A DNA stretch of 59,374 nucleotides from Chiloscyllium plagiosum (GCF_004010195.1 NC_057749.1:20208747-20268120); one strand, 5' to 3'; shown: positions 34,709-47,308, numbered from the stretch's first letter. Numbers and translations: made by a program. The notes: a model not told the origin generated them from the letters alone.

Positions 34709-37700
34709 CGTTCAAATTTTATACATGTCAGGAGGGTCAAATCAAGATTCTGATCACAATGCAATATAAAGCATCAAGCAAACGGGGCCAATGTATTTTA
34801 GTCTGGAAACACAAGATAGGGGACCGCTCACAAAACCCACTTCCTAGTGGTTCCAACTCAGCTGTGTTTCTGTACACATTAGTCACCTATACACTACCAG
34901 GATGCATGGATGTGGGCAAACAGTAAAATCTCAGTGAACTTCAGTTAGAATGACAGCTCAGTTTAAACACGTTGCATGGTAGGTCAGCACAAGACTATGG
35001 CAAGCTATCTTATTTTCAAACATTAGTTTTCACAACATATTAGCTTTATTCCCAAAGGGGGTAAATAAAACAAACTATTGCCACACATTTGCATACTAGT
35101 GTTGAAAAGACCAGTTTTATTTACAAGTATATAATGTATGAAACAGGATCCGTTTTCAATGCAAACAATTGCAACCTGAAGTTTTGAGCCAGCTCACGGT
35201 CTCATCAGTGCTCTAAATAGCTCTTTCCAAGATAACCGTGGTATCAATTACTTGTCTTTATTGAAAAAAGTGATAAGGTTAACTGACTTCTAAATCCAAA
35301 CCTGATATCCATTAAACTATAATTTGCATTGCAGAGGTGTGTTCTTTTCTTTCTAGAAGCTTTGACCATATGCCATTAACAGTTAGTCTCTGGAATGCTT
35401 GCAAAAGTCCTTAGACCAATCATTCCTTTTAAAACTGATGTAGTTTAGACAAGCATATGACCACCTCTGAGCATTTCTAATTTTCTCGATTCTGCAGTCC
35501 TGTAAATTATCCTCTAAATCAAGACTTAGCTGCCCAGACTTTCAGTCACCAGTCTACTCTCTACTGCACTTCAAATGGTCCATGCAATCCTTTCTGACAT
35601 CATTTCCATTCATCTCCTAAAAGATTGTACTACTTCCTACTCTATTTTTCAGATGCTGAAAAGTTATCGAGGTAGTCTCAAGAGATGGTGCAGGCTACAG
35701 CCCTTAAAGTACTTTCAGTTTTAAAGCTAAGCAAACCCATGAAAAGGACTCTATTACTTGTATATTAGTCACGTTTCAAGAAGCATTGGACTGAGTTGTT
35801 ATCTAAACCCACAATGATGCAAGTTGCTGTTATTTAACAAGCAAAATTACATTTAATGCCTTTAGTGAAGCTAAGGGTGAAATTTCAGCCTAACAATATG
35901 AATTGATTCCATTCATTTTTTGAGAAAGAACTCCTGTAATTACTTAATATAAGTGTCAACCTAAGTTGAAAGTATATTTGAGTACACACAACTCGCAGAT
36001 TTGAGAACAATCTATATAAATTCACTGAACAGTAGACTTGAATAGTACTTGAGCTCTTTTACTAGGTACAGCCAGTCAGTATTTCCTTGCTTTCAGTAAT
36101 AATAAATAGACCTGTTCAGTATCTCTGCTAACCCAGATTATTTTACTCCATCTTTTTGTTTTTTTTAAAAACAAATCAATGGACAATACATTGCATGTAG
36201 TATACCACTTTTAACTATAGAGAAACATAGAGAGTGCCTAATGGAAGTGATTAGACAAAACAAGGCACCAAAGAGTAGAGACCGCATTATTGTCACATGG
36301 TCAGAGGTGTTAGTATTCTGAAACTATGGAAATTTCTCCTGTAATGGAAAATTTATTGTTCTTAACCCTGTACCACACCCTGTCCCTCAAGCACTTCGAA
36401 AGAGCTCTTCAAGAGTTTCCAGCTCTTGCAAGCTGGCATTCATGAGTTCTAACAGTGCAGCTACCTGAACTTGTGTTTACAGCTGATGAGCACAAATACA
36501 GTCATATGAACCAGACAATCAAAATGTAGCATAGGTCTGAATCAAATATGAGTGTGTTTTTTTCACTAATGGGTAAAACCAGATTGCCCTTAGCAGGCTT
36601 GAAGACATTTTAAGATGCTCCTCAAATCCTATCCCAATAATCAAGCTTTTGGTCAACTGCATAATATGTCCTTATCACAATATTTAAATCCAAGTTAGTG
36701 CTCACAATTTTAATTATTTTCCATGGTTTCTGCATTACCAGCAGATTTGTCCTTCAGTCATCTGTTTTGCTCTTGTCAATCAGAATCAGTTGACACTGGA
36801 AAGTTGACTCATCAACTGCTCAGCCTATAACAAGCTCTCCTCACTCAACACACACTTGTCACCACTTAACAACCAGGACTGACAGAACGTAAGAACGCTG
36901 GTGCTTCTTCAACACCGACCACTGCAAGTGACTGCCGAAGCTGAGCATGCTGGCAGCCTACAATGTGTTCAAATTAGTATCAGGAGAAACACTTCTGCTT
37001 GTCTATTGGGGTCCAGTAGGTTATGGTGCAACTGGAGAAATTTCAAGTTATCCTTATATTAGCTTATCTTGGGAGCAGGAGCAGATCAATGGATGGGACT
37101 GCTATGAAGCAGAACAGGGATAGAAAAGCAGTACATTCAAAATTTAGAACATCAATTACAGGGGATTTGAAGGATGCTTAATTATTCAATTGATTTTAGG
37201 TTCCACTTAAATATGGAATGGGATATCTACATTTTTAAGGAAACATTCTTATGTAAAGCATGTGTCAATACCTCACCTACATAATTATTGTACAGTGGCT
37301 CTTGTATTTATAGGCTGCAGTCCAGCAATTCACCAACATTGTAGCATATTCTTCCCCTGTATTCTCCAATACCGAGGACTCTAAACAGCAGGCTGTGGGA
37401 CCACATCTCCATTTTAGTTTCCCTCTAAGACACACACATTTTGAGTTGACAAATAAGATGAATTGGTAAGAAGCTTAGGACTCCATACATAATACAGTAG
37501 CACTGCAGAAACACCACTACCACAAAAACTGCAATCACAAGTTATAGTAGGTAGCAAGGGCAACAAATGTAGCCTTTCCAACATTAGTGACATCAGTCAA
37601 GAATTCTATTGCAATTCAAAATTGCACACAGCATTTCTGAGTTTGTTTGTGCTTATAATTTTGGAAAGAACCAATACCAACAAATTGGAACTGGAGTTAT

Positions 37701-38772
37701 AAGCATATTAATAGATACTAAAAACAAATCATTGACTTGCTATTAACAGAATTTTCAAATGTCTTCAGTTCAACACTGGCACCCTTAATTTCCCTTCTTT
37801 TCTATTAGGGAACCACAACCAATGCATTGTGCTGATTTCTACTTTGATTAATATCTGTTATTATAAAATGAGTAAATTTGACAGTGGGACAGGGACACAC
37901 TCATCTTTTTATTTCTGAGACCATACCATGTCCAAGTTTTGGTGCGAGTTGAGAGGCCATATCCGAGTCAAGATGCCATTCAGCCTGCAGTGTTACGTGC
38001 AGTGAAAATTGCGTTGCTGTTGAATGTATTTCAAGTATTATTGAAAGTTGACAAGTGTTACTTTTGATCAATATGAATTCAATGCATTGGATAGCAGTGG
38101 GTCATTTTTGCAATATTTAGCAAACTTATCTCTCATTCACAGGCAATTAATGGTACCAATTGCATAAACTGACTATGGTTTGCCAAACCTTTTGCAACAT
38201 TCAGTCCATTCCTTGATATGGCAAAAGTCAATGAGACAATAGTCAAGTATGCTGTGATATGGACTTATTTCTCTTTATATTTTGGTAATCGGAACTTTAA
38301 ATTTGTGTTAAGTGGGGAGGTAGAAAGTACTGAAATGTTGTGATAATCCTAAGATCAAAGCAGACGTTTAGGCAATTCAGTGCACGCATTTCAGAGAACT
38401 TTAATTGATAGGTTCTGCAGAAGAGATTGCATCATTCTTTTTCGAAAAGAGTATGCTATGGATGCGCTATAAATTTCTGCTTGGAAATTTCATTGGTAGA
38501 ATAGCACCAAGAATGAAACAGTTTGTGACATAATATTGGGGAATTCCATTCCATTTCTACAGAACGAACAAAAGTTACAGGACAAGTTAATTAACATTAT
38601 GGACCTGTATTAGGTAATGCAGAAAAAGTCTGAATCACCACTTAGATGATTTGAAATATAGGTGTTGGAACAGATCGTTTAGAATTTGATTAATTCTCTC
38701 CCTGAAACTTGCACTGTTTTTCATAAATGCTGGCTGTTAGTATGTGTTTAATTTTTGTATGCTTAATAAATC

Positions 38773-39101
38773 TTAGATTAGATTAAATGAGATTAGATTA
38801 CTTACAATGTGGAAACAGGCCCTTCTGCCCAACAAGTTCACACCGACACGCCAGAGTGCAACCCACCCAGACCCATTCCCCTACGTTTACCCCTGCCCCT
38901 AACACTACAGGCAATTTAACATGGCCAATTCACCTAACTTGCACATTTTTGGACTGTGGGAGGAAACCGGAGCGCCCAGAGGAAACCCACACAGACACTG
39001 GGAGAATGTGCAAACTCCACACAGTCAGTTGCCTGAGGTGGGTATTGAACCCGGGTCTCTGGCGCTGTGAGGCAGCAGTGCTAACCACTGTGCCACCCAC
39101 C
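38773..39101 (-). mobile_element. HE1-type V-SINE
   Basis: (attag)n tail at left; reverse-complement V-domain and tRNA head. Confidence 0.9.
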
Positions 39102-39540
39102 ATGACCTTCGACATTTAATATGATGAAACCTTTTAGTTTGAGAAATTAATTACCCCTCTTCTGAAACTAAGTTTCCTGAACCATCAGCTGCCTTGCAGT
39201 TTCTTGTCTTGATGCCAATGTTGATCCCTCAATTTCAAATCCTTTCAAAGCCTTGCTCTTTCCCATCTGTGTAGCTCACATATAGCCCTAAAACTGAATT
39301 TTTGGTAACCTATCCCACTTTTTCTCTCTGTGGCTCTGTGAAAAATGTCAATTTTTAAAAGTAATGCTGACGCTGACAGGCACTTTGTTAAAGATCAAGA
39401 TGATGATGTGGTCAGCCCCAGATTTTAACATGCGCATCATCCATTTGACACTTGAAAACTGGAGGCTCAAACATACTACAGAAAGAATCAGAGACCCTTC
39501 TGTCACCGCACATGTCAGTATTTCATCATCATTCCTCATT

Positions 39541-39840
39541 CTGAAACAAAAAGAGAAAATGCTGGAGAAACATTATGCCTGAGGAAGGACCAGACCCCCG
39601 AAAGCTCACGTTTTCAAATAAATCTGTCAAGCTAGTTGTTTGATTTTTTGACCTTGTGGGGACAGAGACAGAGTCAATGCCCCGAGTCCAGTATGAATGT
39701 TCTTCAGAAGTTTTGAAGAATCATACTTTACTCAAACATTAATTCTGTTTCCTTCTCCACAGATGCTGCAGAATTTCTCCAGCAATTTTTGTGCTTGTTC
39801 CAGATTTCCAGCATCCATGGTATTCCGATTTTATTTCAAG
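39541..39840. mobile_element. PLE-end-like hairpin element containing an inserted end of another PLE family (~39573-39657)
   Basis: Outer arms gaaaatgctggagaaa and tttctccagcaattttt; inner cctgaggaagg...cccgaaagct...caaataaatctgt. Confidence 0.55.
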
Positions 39841-40749
39841 TTCTTCATTCTGTTGGCCAATCAACAGAACAGCTATTTTTAAACGTTTGTGCGATTTTAT
39901 TGGATGAGACATCTGCCTTACCAGTTCTGGCAGCCGAAAAACCAAATCAACTGATTACACCAAAGGACAACCTACATTCAAATATTTTTTAGAAAGCCAG
40001 ATTGTTTCATCTATACTTTTGCAGATAAAATTGGGGCAGATGTTTTGTCTTTTTACCCCCCCAAATTTTCATCTTGCAATTTCGCTGCATTTTGTATTTG
40101 TTATAAGGAGACTGAATCAACTCTACGCAAACATTCTTGGTAGGAAGAAGTTGCAATAATTCCACAAGCAAACATTTTTACAATCTTCATCACACTGCAA
40201 AACTGAAAATTAATTTCTAACCTAAACTGATTCAGTACTCAGATGGAGCAAAGTACAAAGCGTGCCAACTAACATTGTTGGGAATCCATGGCTGATGTGC
40301 AGTTCTCTATGAAAACAATTGTCTACCATTGCCTCTTTTATTTGGGTGGAGCAGGTATTATGGCATAGATTTCACCAAAATACCCTTTAAGGTGCATGTG
40401 TGTACAACCAGGCAGTGCTCAAGAAGGTACCTTGAAGGCCACTCTTTTTAAGATACTAAACAGGCATGCTTGTGCAAAATATTTTAAAGATACATGAATG
40501 ATGTTTAATATTTTTAACATCTTATTTGGCATTTTCTATTGGTTTATATTGTAAATCAGTTATTCATGACAATAAGCACAAGGTGGGTCTATAAGAGTAA
40601 TCCTCAACAAGTCACTTCTTGGGATTGTAGCCCGTAACCAAACGTAACTCAGCACTTTTGGCTTTACCATAAAACAAGTTAAATCGATAAAATTAAAACA
40701 GCTGGTGCTAAATACTTTGAGTCACTTGACATATCCATCTTGCATGCAG

Positions 40750-41870
40750 CATACTAAAAGGGAAACCGGTAGATGTATATTTGAGTTTCCAAAATCTGTA
40801 TTCAGTAAGCTGCATAAAAGGTTAGCACACAAGATGAGAATTCATGGGGTTGTGGATGATGTTCAGCATGGCTGGAGAATTGACGAACAAACAGGAAACA
40901 GGCAGATGTGTTTTTTCAGGGTGGCAAACTGCAACTAATGGCAAGTTGCAGGGATTGGTGCTAGGGCCATAAATATTAATTTTACTAATTGGTATTAATG
41001 ACTTGGCTGAAGGGCCTGAATGTGTTGCAGATGATGTGAAAAGGGGTAGGAAAGCAAGTTGTGAAGAGGATATGATGGAATTTGCAAAGTTAGTGGGCAA
41101 AAATGTAGCAAATGGGAGTATAAAATGTTGGAAAAGTGATGTTGTCTACTTTGGTAAGAAGAATAGAAAAGTGGATTATTATTTAAATGAGAGATTCAGA
41201 CTGCTGCAGGGCAGAAGGATGTGGATGTCCTTGGACATGAATTACTAAAAAGCTGAATACAGGTGCAGCAAGAAATTAATAGGACAAATAGAATGTTAAC
41301 CTTTATTGCAAGGAGTATGAAAGTAAGGAAGACTTGCTGCTATGGTGCATGGAGTTGGTGTCCTTACTTAAGATAGATGTACTGGCTTTGGAAGCAGTTC
41401 ACAGAATGGTCAATAGGTTGATTCCTGGGATGAGGGATATTTACTATGAGGAAAAGTTGAACTGGTTGGGCATGTACTCATTGGAGTTTAAAAGAATAAG
41501 AGCTGATCTCATTGAAACACCAAAGATTCTCAGGGGTTCCATAATAACATAGGGTCTAAGAGAAATTTCCTCTTGTCAGGGAGTCGAAAATTATGTGGTA
41601 CAAATTTTAAAAAAAAGTATCCCATTTAAGGTGGAGATGAGGAAGAATTTCAAATCTGGGTTGTTAGTATTTGGAATTTTCTTCCAAGAGAGTAGTGTCC
41701 ATCGAATATATTCAAAGCCAAGTTATATAAACTGTTCATCAACAAGGGAGTTAAGGATTATGAGGGATGGGGAGGAAAGTAAAGGCCTCAGTCAGATCAA
41801 CCAGGATCTTATTTTATAGCACAGCAGACTCAATGGGCCAAATGGACTACATCTGCTCCTACTATATATA
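40750..41870 (+). mobile_element. Old CR1 LINE RT to 3' end, heavily decayed
   Basis: Remnants HKRLAHKMRIHGV, VADDVK, DVLALEAVHR...RADLIETPKILRG. Confidence 0.85.
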
Positions 41871-44221
41871 CAATTTTCAATAAAATTGGTCAGCCTGAAA
41901 TGAGAAAAAAAATGAGGAACCTGTGCATTTCATACTATTTATGCTGTGCTTCAAAGTCCAATCTTCTAAACCTGAAGTACTAGGAACCAAGTGAAATGAA
42001 GTAGATTAGCAAATCCACAGCAGCCCCTCCACTCCTTACATGTGTGATGAATACAAAGTGTCGTTGTATGGAGAGGTTTGTTTCCAGTCTGATGCATTAA
42101 ATTTGGGCAGGCTGGACAGGAGAGAAATCTCTATGGTAAGAATCTAGAACTTAATGCACAAATATTGTATATACTTGTGTGACCTTGATCTGCTGGCTCA
42201 TATATTTTGAAACTTACAAAGTGGGAGCATAAATGTTGCTTTCTGTTGTTTCTGAAGAATAGTGCAGAAATCATATCTTTCTAACACATTCATGTCTAGA
42301 ATTCAAAGCATTGAGTAATTCTGGTCCCACTGTATTGTTCTATTGTCTGGAAACTGGTCTGAACCTGGGAGGGAAAACATAAATTCTCCAATCCTTTCTG
42401 GTGGAAGATTCTTGCTGTGTTCTTTATAACTCAATTTGTTGGGTCAGTGCTTTAAAATGATGCAAGTAATTGCGTTTTGCTGAAATCTGATGTTTGTGCA
42501 GTATCTGGGGCACTGGTTAGATTGGAAAAATGCTTTGACTCCCATCTCCTGCTTGAACTGTGCTGCTACCCTGGGGTGTTAAATAAGCTCAAGAAATCCA
42601 GGAATTGAAGTAATCCAACCTGTAGAACAGGTTTCAGTTGTACGTTCCAAAGCAGTACAAAACAGTGCAAAAGTTGATTTCATGGTAAAAATCAACCCAA
42701 GATTTTTGGCTGAGAGGTTTGCAATTTTTTATATAGCTCATGTTAAAACAAAATGGGCCTGAGTTTTTTACAGATTGAAAATTTCAGCGCCACAGTTGAT
42801 TCTTGAAGATATTTAGGATGCTAAAATCACAAAAATTGTCACCGTGCAGCTGAGTGTTAAGAGAGGGAGTGAAAATTAATCAAAGTGTATTTAAAACCTG
42901 AAAAACCATGCTGGAATCTTTTTGTGCAATGAATAAAGAATTAAAGAATTGAAAGTAAACCTACGACTTTGTACATTTTAGTTGACATAGCACGGTCTCA
43001 TTGGATTTTGCTCAACATTTGTTACATGTGGTGTGGGCACAAATCAAGCATGCATGTTAACAGCTCCAAATATTAATTGTGTTAATGCAGGCCCTTTAAA
43101 ATTTTGCTAAACATTTGGTCAATATTTAATTGAGTATGTGCAGAAATTATATATCAGTACCTGCTTTCAATCATGTTGCTTAGAATTTCACAGCTAGGCT
43201 AAAAGACCATTTGGTCCAACAGATCTACACCAGTGTTTAGGTTTATTAGTAACTGACTTCTCCTTACCACCTCTTCTGCAAGGATTATCTTCCCTATGTC
43301 TGTTCTGTTAAAGCTATTGATAATTGTATGGGAATCTCTATCAGTTTGTCTTTCAGTTTTCTAAAGAGTCTAATCAGCTTTAAATGGTATTTGTATCCAC
43401 TCGTGAATTGACATTATCAATATCGAAGCAAAAAAAAAGTATAAATTATTTGAAGGAAAAGCCTTCACTTCAAGAAATGTGGATCTATCTAATGAACGAG
43501 ATGGAGAATTAAGTTGCAGACCTTCTGGCCTGTTGCAGTACCGAATTAAATATTTTCAATTACTTACCTATGCTAGACTTGAGAGATTCTAAAGGAAGGG
43601 TTGTTTGCAATAGTTTAACTGTCCTGTTGGAAGAACAGGAATTCAGTTCACATGTGGCAGAATGAGAGCTCTTCACCACTGCGTCAGTCATATCAACCAT
43701 GGCTCCTTCACAGTGCCTGTAGTCAGATGGATTCTCATTTTATCAAACAAACTATTGAACTAACGCTTTCAATATGCGTGACAGAGTGGACTGTTTTACA
43801 ATGAGACATTTCACTGACCTCGGAACTTCATTGCTAATCAGAAACCTCTATTAGCAGAACTTACATTTAACTGCTGAATAAGACTTTACACTGGTGCCTT
43901 GAAGGATTTGATTCCAAATGACTGCATGCCTAGCCTTGTGGAAAAACTTGCAGTGCAACTCAGCAGAGCTTGTATTTATCTTTGATATATGCTTTTCAAC
44001 CTCATGTTATAATCTATCCAACAAACATCTGAATTCCCTCCTTTTATTGACTGGAATTCGGCATGTTCATTCCCTTGTTAAGTCTTTAATCAATGGATGA
44101 CATGCAAAGCTGGTCATCTGCCAGCTCTTACAATATTTCTTTTAGCCTTGAAGCGTGCTACTGAATGAAAAACTATCTGTGTTCTCCCTTTTAAAAATTG
44201 TTAAGCAGCATTTGATATACT

Positions 44222-44292
44222 GTGGCGTTGGAAAAAGCACAGCAGGTCAAGCAGGATCTGAGGAGCAAGAAAGTCGATGTTTCAGGCGTAAC
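44222..44292 (-). mobile_element. Very short PLE 3'-end fragment
   Basis: gtggcgttggaaaaagcacagcaggtca...gtcgatgtttcaggc matches 16220-16290; flanked by a tactgtgg direct repeat. Confidence 0.65.
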
Positions 44293-44669
44293 TACTGTGG
44301 ACTGTGCCTTGCTCAGCTTGAAGATGGGATAATCTTTTGCTTTTCTTCACTTTCATTGAGAGCAAAGGCCACAGTTCTACTTCAGGTATTTCATCAGAAC
44401 TTGCAGATTCAAACTGATCCTTTTCTTTCATGCACAGTAGAGGTGAATTGGGAAAAGGTCAAATGGCAATGTCTTGAGAACAGCTTAAAAGAGCTCAAAA
44501 CGACTCTACATGTGGAATTAATTTTTTTGTCTTCAAAAAACTCTTGCATTATTCATAGATTTGTAATGTTCAAAAGCAATCCATTCAAACATCGTTAATA
44601 ATTTGGGAAATGAGTTTTTAATGAGTATCCATTTGTTTCAGTGTTTGGTTTTGGAGGTGGAAATGTTGC

Positions 44670-45310
44670 AAGATGGTGGTGCTGGCATGGTAGGTAGTGT
44701 TTGGGCTCATTGGAGCCCTTCTACTCCAGGCCAGCGGCGTTCTTTTCTCCAAGTACTTTTTGTCATCGTTTGTTTACTTCATCTTTGAAGCTGGAGTGGT
44801 GTTGGTGGGGTGGTGGCTGCAGCATTGGCAGTGTCGATCGGGACCCGTGCCGGTGGTGCCCAGAGCCTGGACGTTTAGTGACAGTGGTGCCAGGAGCAGA
44901 AACCCCTGGCGGAGGTAAGTCTGGAGCTTGGACTCTCGGCAGCGATAGGCCCTGGACCTGAACTGTTGGCGGTGGTTCCTGGAGTGGGGACTCTGAGCAG
45001 CAGTAGACCTGGAGCCTGGACTCTTGGCAGTGTCAGGTGGTAGCAGAGCCAGGGTCTCCTGGGCATCAGTGTCATTGTTGCTTTTCCTGGAGTGGGAATT
45101 CTTGAGGACAAGAGCAATTATCAGAGACCTGCCCTGGAGCCTTGCTTGAGACCCAATGTGAACAGAAAATGAAGTCTTGTTGAAGTAATTTATTTTTTAT
45201 TATTTTTGTAGCACAAAATGGCGCTGGATTGTGGCGACAAAACACTTTTCACAATCTTCAAGATATGTGACATTAAAATATCATTCATAAAAATCATCCA
45301 TTCGTTCATT
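44670..45310 (+). repeat. Unclassified non-autonomous retroelement-like repeat with an internal GC-rich degenerate minisatellite
   Basis: 3' part aaaatggcgctg...gtggcgac...cttttcac...gtgacattaaa...tcattca is shared in inverted form with 49590-49700. Internal repeats of cctggagc(c/t)tggactct at ~44860-45110. Confidence 0.5.
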
Positions 45311-45619
45311 TTCCGTCTGAGAAGTTGGCACATTAAAGCCTGTCATAATGAATTCTTCTATCTCAAGGTTAATGTATAATATTCACACACATTGATGAAA
45401 GGAGAATATTAAATGGGAATACTATAGACAAATCTAATTTCAATCTGAAGATATATCTTTTATATAAAGACCGTCTCAAAGGAATATTCAGCATGTTTTA
45501 TGAACTGAACTTTGTAGTCCAGCTGTGCAAGATGGTACTGTTAGTTGTCCCAAAACAAGATATTTCAGACACCATTGCTTTCAGGGTGTGCAGAGTATAT
45601 TGAATGTGCAAATAAAGTG

Positions 45620-45893
45620 CTAGGGTGGCTCAGTGGTTAGCAGTACTGCATCACAGCACCAGGAACCCAGGTTCGATTCCAGCCTCGGTTGATTGTGTGG
45701 AGTTTGCACATTCTCCCGAGGTTTGCGTGGGTTTCTTCCCATAGTCCAAAGACATGCAGGTTAGGTGGATTGGCCATGGGAAATGCACGGTTTCAGGGAT
45801 GGGGTTGGGGTGGTGGTGGGGTGCAAGGTTTGGATGGGATGCTGTTTGGAGGATTGGTGTGGACTCCACACCATAGGGATTCTATGATTCTAT
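45620..45893 (+). mobile_element. HE1-type V-SINE with internal deletions
   Basis: A/B boxes, partial V-domain, (ttctatga) tail. Confidence 0.85.
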
Positions 45894-46571
45894 TCAGTGG
45901 ATTTGATTTCTGATTTGTTGGAAGTCCTTCAATGTAGTGATAAATAACCATAATAGCAAGCCAGCAATTCTGTGCAAACGTGCATTCACTATGATTGTGG
46001 CCTTATTAAGATATATAGGGAAACCATGGAAAATAGCGATTAGCTTATGGGGAGAAAAGTCCTATCTAATTGCCTGTATAGCATTAATTCAGAGTTACTC
46101 GCAACGGGTAGTGTTTGTGCAAGTGCAGTGAGGTGCTCAGCTATTTGAGGGCGTAGTTTGAAGGCTAAGTGTTGATTGGAATTCATTGGTGAGGTCTTGT
46201 GCCTGTGCGATCATGTAAACAGGGCCAAGATTTAAAATTTCACCCAAAAGAGTGCATCCCTGGCAGTGCTGTGCTTATCTGGCACCACACTGAAACAAAA
46301 GCCTAAATTCTAGCACTATATGGGTAACCCACAGCCCTCTGCATACTATTCTACTCCTGTTACTGAGCCAAGGCTGATAGTATTGATGTAGTCAATGATG
46401 AATCAACACTGATTCAGTAAATTAGAAATTAAGGTTACTTTACTCTTTTGAGATGTGATTTGGGAGATGATGCTGTATGTTTGTGTGGTGATGAAAGGTG
46501 AAGATACATTTGGACATTTAGTTTGAACTCTTGCATTCATGTGATGAGATGGTGTTCCGTCTTTAACTTTG

Positions 46572-47308
46572 TCTGATCAGAGTCCAAATCCATCTTATGG
46601 TAACAAAATGAATGTCTATGTGCTGTTACGTTTGTGTATGGAATGAGAAGTTCCAACTCATTTTCTGGGCTTGACACTACAGCAAAAGAATGTCCAAAGT
46701 TTGGAACTGAGTCTTCTCTTCGAGAGAGCCACGAGGATTGAAGGTATGGACATGGCCCATCGTAGGTTGAGTTGAGGTGTTCTCTTGGGAAAGATTACAA
46801 AGTCCTTTTTTCCATTGGTATTACAGACAAGCACAGTATGCATCTTGACTCATGCCAATTTCAGTTCCCTCATAAATTTGTGCTTGCTGACTAACTTGCT
46901 CCCTGCCTCAAACTCTGGACTTTAAAACTTTTATCTGATGAGAGTCCAAATCCATCTTATGGTAACAAAATGAATGTCTATGTGCTGTTACGTTTGTGTA
47001 TGGAATGAGCAGTTCCAACTCATTTTCTGGGCTTGACACTACAGCAAAAGAATGTCCAAAGTTTGGTACAGTTTGGAACTGAGTGTTCTCTTCGAGAGAG
47101 CCACGAGGATTGAAGGTATGGACATGGCCCAGTCGTAGGTTGAGTTGAGGTGTTCTCTTGGGAAAGATTACAAAGTCCTTTTTTCCATTGGTATTACAGA
47201 CAAGCACAGTATGCATCTTGACTCATGCCAACTTCAGTTCCCTCATAAATTTGTGCTTGCTGACTAACTTGCTCCCTGCCTCAAACTCTGGACTTTAAAA
47301 CTTTTATC
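46572..47308. repeat. Recent tandem duplication, two copies of ~363 and ~373 bp
   Basis: agagtccaaatccatc at 46579 and 46941; both copies end ctcaaactctggactttaaaacttttatc (46935, 47308). Only a few substitutions plus 10-bp and 1-bp indels. Confidence 0.95.

Noticed and set aside
35150..35215. Minus-strand CTGATGAGACC...GGCTCAAAAC resembling a hammerhead, SECIS or box C
   Set aside because: GAAA is AAAA, there is no UH triplet closing stem III and no stem I partner; spacing is wrong for SECIS; no box D.
39310..39540. Minus-strand exon-like unit with a strong acceptor (ORF 39348-39539)
   Set aside because: The acceptor derives from a repeat end, the donor is weak and the peptide is unrecognisable; not included in the antisense model without RNA data.
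42044..42092. GTGATGA ... CTGA, a possible C/D snoRNA
   Set aside because: Too short, poor terminal stem, no recognisable C'/D' boxes or rRNA guide, and far from any known splice acceptor.
44840..45110. Spaced GC-rich repeats as a CRISPR-like array
   Set aside because: Degenerate minisatellite inside a eukaryotic repeat; no constant repeat with unique spacers and no cas genes.
46488..46576. C, C'-like and D box arrangement (GTGATGA, GTGATGA, CTGA)
   Set aside because: No terminal stem; the putative guide matches 18S rRNA only discontinuously; expected by chance in TG-rich intron.
46935..46960. CTGATGAGAGTCC at the duplication junction as a hammerhead core
   Set aside because: No complementary stem II strand or GAAA follows, and the other copy reads CTGATCAG.
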